DNA of 64,000 nucleotides from Rhabdochlamydiaceae bacterium (GTDB lineage Bacteria; Chlamydiota; Chlamydiia; Chlamydiales; Rhabdochlamydiaceae): NCBI GenBank assembly GCA_049240945.1, contig JBMLRQ010000021.1, positions 42,616 to 106,615 of the forward strand, read 5' to 3'. Shown piece by piece: positions 58,367 to 64,000 of this stretch (position 1 is its first letter; each line of letters starts with the position of its first letter). The notes under the pieces were generated by a model. It saw only the letters and a program-made list of their open reading frames with translations, ran no database searches and was not told where the DNA came from. The position numbers and the translations under genes were made by a program.

Positions 58367-58981
58367 ATGGTAAAATTAACGAAGACGGAATTAAGAGATC
58401 AACAAGATAGACTGAACCAACTCAATAAGTATCTTCCTACTTTGCAATTAAAAAAGAGTTTGTTGCTGAGTGAGCTAGAAAGTTTACAGTTAAAACTTGA
58501 AGAGTTGTTTGTTAAAATAGAAGAATGTAAGAAGCTTATAGAAAAAGATTCATCTTTTTTTATGCATCCAACTTCCAAAGTGTTGATCAATCGAATTCAT
58601 GTCAAACAAGTGATAACTGCCAAAGAAAATATTGCTGGTTTGGAATTGCCTGTATTTCAAGAAGTGGTTTTTGCTGAAGATTTTTATTCTTTGATTTTCG
58701 CTCCTATTTGGCAGGAATACGTGTTGCAGAAAGTTAAAGAGCTCATTGTTTTTCAGCAACATTTACAAATAGAAGAAGAGAAGAAAAAAAAATTGCAGAA
58801 AGAACTGAGAGATGTGTCTATTCGAGTTAATTTATTTGAAAAAATAATGATCCCGCGAGCTGTGGATAATATTAAAAAAATTAAAATTTTTTTGGGTGAT
58901 CAACAGTTGTCTTCAATCGCTCAGGCCAAGATGTCAAAAAAGAAAATCATAGAAAAGGGTCTTTTATCTCATGATCATTAA
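58367..58981 (+). CDS. atpD: V-type ATP synthase subunit D
   Basis: The N-terminal LTKTELRDQQDRLNQLNKYLPTLQLKKSLL pattern is typical of V/A-type D subunits. Coiled-coil ends. Confidence 0.85.
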   Translation: MVKLTKTELRDQQDRLNQLNKYLPTLQLKKSLLLSELESLQLKLEELFVKIEECKKLIEKDSSFFMHPTSKVLINRIHVKQVITAKENIAGLELPVFQEVVFAEDFYSLIFAPIWQEYVLQKVKELIVFQQHLQIEEEKKKKLQKELRDVSIRVNLFEKIMIPRAVDNIKKIKIFLGDQQLSSIAQAKMSKKKIIEKGLLSHDH

Positions 58982-60788
58982 TGTTAAAAAGTATCTCATT
59001 CTTGGATTAGACTCTGATCTAGATTTATTTTTTGAAAAGGCTCAAGAAGAAGCTTTTCTAGAGTTTATTGGACAGCCCAAAAAAAATAGAGAGTCTGTTG
59101 AGATGATCTCTTTGATCAAAGCTCTTAAAATCCTGAGGCAACTTAAAATAAGAAATTCTTCCGAACAGAGTGTTTTAGAAAAACCATTAGAAAATCCCGA
59201 TTCTATTGTTTCCAAATATGAAAAAATAGCTCAGATAAAGATAGAGAGAGCTAAAATCGCATCGGAAATAGATCGATTAAGTCCTTTAGGTGATTTTGAA
59301 TTTGACGATCTTTCTTTGATAGCTAAAAATTCAAACAAAATATGGCAATTTTTTTACGCTAAATCTGGAAAAATTTCTCTTAAAGAGCTTCCAGATCATA
59401 TAATATATCTCCGCACTTGTAATGGTTTTGATTATTTTGTTTCTTTATCTCCTGATAGAGTGATTTATTCGGGTTTAATAGAGATCGAAGTGACTCGATC
59501 AATAAAAGATTTATACCCCTATTTAGAATCTTTAGATAAACAAATTAGGGATATCGAAGATGATTTAGCGAAGAAAGTGCATCTTATTTCGACCTTCGAA
59601 AAATCATTGATGGCTTGCATCAATTTAGATCAGCTAGACAAAGCAAAACAGAGTGTGTCTATCGTTTTAAATGATAACATATTTTCTTCAAAGGTATGGG
59701 TGCCTGTCAATAAGGTTCAATCTTTAAAAGATCTTGTGAAGGATTTAGATGTTATTGTTGAAGAATTGCCTGTAGAAAAAGATGAAAAGATCCCTACTTG
59801 CCTGGATAATACGAAATTTGCCGCAATAGGGGAGGATCTTGTTAAAATTTATGATATCCCTTCTTCTAACGATAAAGATCCATCTTCTTGGGTTTTTTGG
59901 TCTTTTATTCTGTTTTTTTCGATAATCATTTCAGATGCAGGATACGGTCTTATCTATTTATTGACAGCTCTATACCTTAAATATAAGCACCCTAGTTTAG
60001 AGGGTTTAAAAAAACGTTTTTTAAGTTTATTGTTTGTTTTATCTTTTGGATGTATAGGCTGGGGGGTATTGGTTTCTGGTTATTTTGGTCTAAGCATTAG
60101 CCCTGATTCTGCGCTTGGACATTTATCTTTACTCAAAAAGCTGGCGATTCAAAAAATACAATTTACTTTGCCTTCTATTAGTTTAAAAGAGATCACCCCT
60201 TCTTTAATCGATACCTATGCTAAGGATGTTATACTAGAATTTTCCTTAGTGATTGGAATTTTACATACTATCACAGCCCTTTTCAGATATTTTAAGAGAA
60301 ACTGGGCCAATCTAGGGTGGGTTCTTTTTTTAATAGGGGGGTATTTGTTTTTCCCGATAGCTTTAAAAGCTGTTAGTTTTTTAAATGTTTGGGGTATTGC
60401 TTCTCCTTCATGGGCTGAACACATAGGGCTTTACTGTATCTATATAGGTATTGGGTCAGCTTGCTTTTTAGCCGTATGCCAGAGGGGACTCTATGGTTTA
60501 TTGGAATTGCCAAATGTCATACAGATTTTCTCTAACGTTCTTTCTTATGTTCGTTTATATGCTTTGAGTCTTGCGGGTACGATTATGGCCGAAACATTTA
60601 ATAATATGGGAAATTATATTGGTCCAATCGCTGGTTTTATTGCAACTATCCTGGGTCATATGATCAATATTCAGCTAGGGGTCATGGGTGGCATTATACA
60701 TGGCTTACGCCTTAATTTCCTTGAATGGTATCATTATTGTTTTGAGGGGAATGGCAAGTTGTTTGATCCTTTGAAAAAAATAAAATAA
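58971..60788 (+). CDS. atpI: V-type ATP synthase subunit I (a-type membrane stator)
   Basis: Soluble N-half plus a polytopic C-half. The essential Arg context is VLSYVRLYALSLAG. It overlaps atpD by 11 nt. Confidence 0.85.
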   Translation: MIINVKKYLILGLDSDLDLFFEKAQEEAFLEFIGQPKKNRESVEMISLIKALKILRQLKIRNSSEQSVLEKPLENPDSIVSKYEKIAQIKIERAKIASEIDRLSPLGDFEFDDLSLIAKNSNKIWQFFYAKSGKISLKELPDHIIYLRTCNGFDYFVSLSPDRVIYSGLIEIEVTRSIKDLYPYLESLDKQIRDIEDDLAKKVHLISTFEKSLMACINLDQLDKAKQSVSIVLNDNIFSSKVWVPVNKVQSLKDLVKDLDVIVEELPVEKDEKIPTCLDNTKFAAIGEDLVKIYDIPSSNDKDPSSWVFWSFILFFSIIISDAGYGLIYLLTALYLKYKHPSLEGLKKRFLSLLFVLSFGCIGWGVLVSGYFGLSISPDSALGHLSLLKKLAIQKIQFTLPSISLKEITPSLIDTYAKDVILEFSLVIGILHTITALFRYFKRNWANLGWVLFLIGGYLFFPIALKAVSFLNVWGIASPSWAEHIGLYCIYIGIGSACFLAVCQRGLYGLLELPNVIQIFSNVLSYVRLYALSLAGTIMAETFNNMGNYIGPIAGFIATILGHMINIQLGVMGGIIHGLRLNFLEWYHYCFEGNGKLFDPLKKIK

Positions 60789-60801
60789 ATAATTTAAATA
60801 A

Positions 60802-62697
60802 ATGAAACAAAAAACAATAAGAAATTTTTTCGCTTTTTTCTCTATTCTTTTAAGCCACTCAGCTCTTCTTGTGCATTTAAAGGCTGATTCACCTCATTTG
60901 AGTCCATTAAATGTGAATGCGATATTTCCGTCTCTTTTAGATAAAAACGTTTATCAAGTTTCAGAAGAAAAATCTGAATATAATCGACTGGATTTGAGTG
61001 GATTGAATTTTAGATTTGGTGACTTAACATCAATCCCATTAGATAATTTGCAAATATTCGATCTTTCATATACTAATATTTCAGCCAAGCAACTTTATCA
61101 ATTATTGAAAGCTTTCCCTCGTATTAAGAGTTTAAATCTTTACGAATGTAAAGGCTTAGGAGCGTGCTTTCTTGCTTTAACTCCTAAATGCTTGAATAAT
61201 TTAGAATATATAAATCTCTCTGGCTGCGATTTTTGGATAATGGAATTTAAAAAATTGTTCAACGCTGCCCCATGTTTAAAACGTCTTGAATTAAAAATGG
61301 ATTCAAGCTGGGATTCTTTCCTTTTCTTTCTAGCGCCCAACATAATGCCTAATTTGGAGTACATTAGTTTTTCTTTATCTCAGCCTATTGAGTATTACGG
61401 TACACTCGACATTTTATTCAAATCGGCTCCTTCTTTGAAAGAGCTTGATCTATTTGGGGTTTCTTGTGCTTCTTTACATATAAACCTAGAAGCTGATTCC
61501 TTATCTCATTTAGAAAAAATAAATCTCGGTTTTTGTGATTTGAGCTTAAACAACTTTTTTATTCTAATGAAAGCATCTCCTTACTTAAAAACACTTGATT
61601 TAAGTTGTAATAAAGGATTGAATCTTTTCTTTTCTTCTCTTAAGCCTTTAAAATTAAAACGTTTAGAGTCGATCAATCTTTCTTCTTGTTATCTATCCTC
61701 TTCAGAGGTCATCTCTTTACTTAAAGCTGCTCCCCATCTTAAAGATCTCGATTTAAGTGAACAGCGTGATTTAGATCTGATATTTCATCCTTTTCAAGAA
61801 CTTTTTCTTCCTCAATTGGAAAAACTGTCTTTGAATAGTTGCGGTATATCGAAAAGCCTTTTAGCCTCTATTTTTAGAATAGCCCCTAACTTGAAGGAAT
61901 TGTCTTTAAATGGCTGTCAGGGTTTAAACCAAGTTTTTGATAAATTATTTGTTGGTGGTGTGACAAAACTGGAATCGGTCCACCTCGTGAACTCCGATAT
62001 AGAATCAATTGGTTTTAATAAATTAATAGACATAGCTCCTCATTTGAAACAAATAGATTTAAATGGTTGTATATACATAAAAGATCTTCTGATCAATGAA
62101 TCTGTTGTAACAAACTTACAAGAAATTTGGTTAATGGATGCTAATTTGTCTTCTGAAGATATATATAGATTATCTAAAATGTCTCCTCATTTAAAAAATC
62201 TATATTTAGGTGATCACGAGGATTTAGATGGGCTGTTTAATGATTTACCTGACAACTCACTCAATCAATTGCAAAAACTGTCTCTTATTTCTTCTAAACT
62301 GTCATCCCAAACTTTGAAGCGTTTATCAAAAGTAGCCCCCAATCTTAAAGATCTTGATTTAACCTCTTGCTTAAATATCGAAGCCTGTTTTAATGAAGCC
62401 GAAAGTTATTCATTAGATCAATTAGAGGTCCTCCATATTACGAATACTGAGATCGCTATTAAAAAGCCTGTTTTTTTAAAAAAATTCGCCCCCAACCTCA
62501 ACCACCTTAATTTTAGAAAATTAACAAAAGCGTATCGGGTCTTCGATTTAGTTAAACTAGAAAAAAGTACACAAGATTTATACTTCGTTTGGGGATTATT
62601 ACATTTGGGTGTAAAATCCTCTGCTTTAAACGATGCTTTATTGAAGAATAAAGGGGCTTTATACAGTTTATTAAATTCAATTAAATATAAGGAGTAA
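60802..62697 (+). CDS. Signal-peptide-bearing leucine-rich repeat protein (about 10 Cys-containing, RNI/FBXL-type double repeats) embedded in the V-ATPase operon
   Basis: The N-terminus is FFAFFSILLSHSALLVHLKA. A unit of about 50 aa recurs from roughly aa 80 to 560, with consensus L..L(E/K).I.LS.C.LS......L.KAAP.LK.LDLS.C..L. An example is LESINLSSCYLSSSEVISLLKAAPHLKDLDLSEQRDL. The gaps are 13 nt to the atpI stop and 4 nt to the atpK start. Confidence 0.8.
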   Translation: MKQKTIRNFFAFFSILLSHSALLVHLKADSPHLSPLNVNAIFPSLLDKNVYQVSEEKSEYNRLDLSGLNFRFGDLTSIPLDNLQIFDLSYTNISAKQLYQLLKAFPRIKSLNLYECKGLGACFLALTPKCLNNLEYINLSGCDFWIMEFKKLFNAAPCLKRLELKMDSSWDSFLFFLAPNIMPNLEYISFSLSQPIEYYGTLDILFKSAPSLKELDLFGVSCASLHINLEADSLSHLEKINLGFCDLSLNNFFILMKASPYLKTLDLSCNKGLNLFFSSLKPLKLKRLESINLSSCYLSSSEVISLLKAAPHLKDLDLSEQRDLDLIFHPFQELFLPQLEKLSLNSCGISKSLLASIFRIAPNLKELSLNGCQGLNQVFDKLFVGGVTKLESVHLVNSDIESIGFNKLIDIAPHLKQIDLNGCIYIKDLLINESVVTNLQEIWLMDANLSSEDIYRLSKMSPHLKNLYLGDHEDLDGLFNDLPDNSLNQLQKLSLISSKLSSQTLKRLSKVAPNLKDLDLTSCLNIEACFNEAESYSLDQLEVLHITNTEIAIKKPVFLKKFAPNLNHLNFRKLTKAYRVFDLVKLEKSTQDLYFVWGLLHLGVKSSALNDALLKNKGALYSLLNSIKYKE

Positions 62698-62701
62698 AAA
62701 G

Positions 62702-63124
62702 ATGGATTATGCAATGATCGGGCCTGCTCTGGTCCTAGGGTTAGCTTGTATTGGCAGTGCTATAGGTTGTGGTATAGGGGGGATGGCTTGTCACGGTATT
62801 ATGAGTCGCGTCGAAGATAACCATGGTAAATTTATTGTGATGTCTGCCCTGCCTTCTTCTCAGTCGGTATTTGGATTTGTGTTGATGATCTTCATGAAAG
62901 ATAAAATTCTAGAGGGGCATTTATCGCAGATGTCGGCTATCGGTATTGGGTTATCCGTTGGATTAGCCCTTCTATTCTCTTCTCTTTATCAAGGCATGTG
63001 TGCCGCTTCTGGTATGCAAGCTTCAGCTAAAGAGCCAAGGATTATTGGAAAATGTTTTGTGGCATTGGGTATTATTGAATCTTTTTCTATATTTGCTTTT
63101 GTTTTTGCTTTTCTTCTTATGTGA
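62702..63124 (+). CDS. atpK: V-type ATP synthase subunit K (proteolipid c-ring subunit)
   Basis: Glycine-rich TM hairpins (LGLACIGSAIGCGIGGMA) and the conserved carboxylate in GIIESFSIF. SD AAGGAG lies 7 nt upstream, inside the end of the LRR ORF. Confidence 0.85.
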   Translation: MDYAMIGPALVLGLACIGSAIGCGIGGMACHGIMSRVEDNHGKFIVMSALPSSQSVFGFVLMIFMKDKILEGHLSQMSAIGIGLSVGLALLFSSLYQGMCAASGMQASAKEPRIIGKCFVALGIIESFSIFAFVFAFLLM

Positions 63125-63138
63125 TCAGAAAAACACAT

Positions 63139-63171
63139 AAAGGGAAATACTGTTATTTCCCTTTATTTTTT
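63139..63171. terminator. Bidirectional terminator hairpin between the convergent atpK and PAP2 genes
   Basis: 11-bp stem AAAGGGAAATA / TATTTCCCTTT (loop CTGT), followed by ATTTTTT on the + strand. The right arm overlaps the last codons and stop of the PAP2 gene. Confidence 0.65.
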
Positions 63172-63905
63172 AATTTCAACAAAACACTCTCTATCTTTTC
63201 GTTGCAAATTCCATTCAAAGGTGTTAAAAACACCCAACTTAGTAGCAAGACAACCAAAGATAAGCTGCCTATAAATATATCTGAAAACCAATGAGCTCCT
63301 GCCATTAGACGAGGAAGAGATAAAAAAATACTGTATAAAATGACATACTTGATTTTGGAGCCTTTTGCACAAAAAGCAAACGATCCACCTAATAAAAATG
63401 CTGTAACGGCATGATCTCCTGGAAAACTTCTGATGGCAGAGTCTTTTACTTTCATCCACGTAATAGCTTTTGACAAACGAAAGCTTTCAGGCCACAAGTG
63501 AGTAGGACTTGGTTGAGGAATTTTTAAATAAGTTCTAAATAAGAGAGATATCACAAAATAGATGAAGAGTGTACAAAGTAAAACACAGAACAAAAACTGT
63601 GCCGTGCTTCGCATTTTTAATTTTTTGGGTGAGTTTTTAATGAGATAGATAAATAAAGTGATAAATACAATATCTTCGACGAAATCAGCCCCTCTATGAT
63701 TATTTAAAGCCCAGAAGAGTTGCCAAAATTTACTGGACGCTATCCAATTGTTAGTCAAGTGAAAAACGGATTCGTTGATTTGCATCCAAAAGATGCGAGA
63801 AACGGGATGAAGAAAGGAAACCAACAAAAGGGCTATAAAAATGTGACAAGTTATTAAACTTTTCCATTTCCATTCTTTGTGTATAGGTCGAGGATATATA
63901 GTCAT
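63153..63905 (-). CDS. PAP2-superfamily membrane phosphatase (phosphatidic acid / undecaprenyl-PP phosphatase type)
   Basis: Polytopic protein. Motif C2-like FPGDHAV and motif C3-like LPRLMAGAHWFSDIFIG (SRxxxxxHxxxD pattern). Confidence 0.8.
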   Translation of the reverse strand: MTIYPRPIHKEWKWKSLITCHIFIALLLVSFLHPVSRIFWMQINESVFHLTNNWIASSKFWQLFWALNNHRGADFVEDIVFITLFIYLIKNSPKKLKMRSTAQFLFCVLLCTLFIYFVISLLFRTYLKIPQPSPTHLWPESFRLSKAITWMKVKDSAIRSFPGDHAVTAFLLGGSFAFCAKGSKIKYVILYSIFLSLPRLMAGAHWFSDIFIGSLSLVVLLLSWVFLTPLNGICNEKIESVLLKLKNKGK

Positions 63906-64000
63906 GTTTCTTTATAGGTAAAATGTATAATTTTCTCTATTCTTGATTACAAATCAAGTGTTTTTATTTAAAAAAAGAAACTATTCTTTTTTTTCACAAC

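Noticed and set aside
61039-62482. Periodic ~150-nt repetition at the DNA level, considered as a possible CRISPR-like or tandem repeat array
   Set aside because: The periodicity is protein-level LRR repetition inside one continuous ORF. The repeats are diverged at the nucleotide level, with no spacer/repeat structure.

Overview
AT-rich, densely coding bacterial window of about 55 genes. No searches were run; every call comes from reading the supplied translations and the DNA by eye. The gene order points to phylum Chlamydiae, probably an environmental, amoeba-associated lineage of the Parachlamydiaceae type. The order is infA, tRNA-Thr(GGT), tuf, tRNA-Trp(CCA), secE, nusG, rplK-rplA-rplJ-rplL, rpoB-rpoC, a convergent transaldolase, then a V-type (not F-type) ATPase operon E/accessory/A/B/D/I/K. 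This taxonomic placement is an inference from synteny and content.

Housekeeping content:
- Transport: oppBCDF, an MFS transporter, an APC permease.
- Metabolism: fbaB, asnB, glmS, a beta-carbonic anhydrase.
- RNA and protein modification: rimO, rlmI.
- Other: photolyase, sufE, HIT, MYG1, YchJ.

No CRISPR array, transposase, integrase or rRNA was seen.

The non-housekeeping signal is a set of eukaryote-interaction-type genes:
1. A 584-aa protein carries two tandem OTU-like Cys/His protease (deubiquitinase-type) modules. Its stop is 1 nt from the start of a 1098-aa membrane-anchored beta-rich giant.
2. A signal-peptide LRR protein of 631 aa is wedged between atpI and atpK inside the V-ATPase operon.
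3. A second, 841-aa protein has the same Cys-containing LRR type.
4. A tRNA(CAT)-centred patch holds orphan genes and an EF-Tu-domain-III-like mini-gene broken by one in-frame TGA.
5. A LOG/PpnN-type nucleotide-binding domain is fused to an unrecognisable N-terminal region of about 440 aa.

I see no classical defence or toxin system. The tandem OTU protein and the operon-embedded LRR gene are the best candidates for something new.
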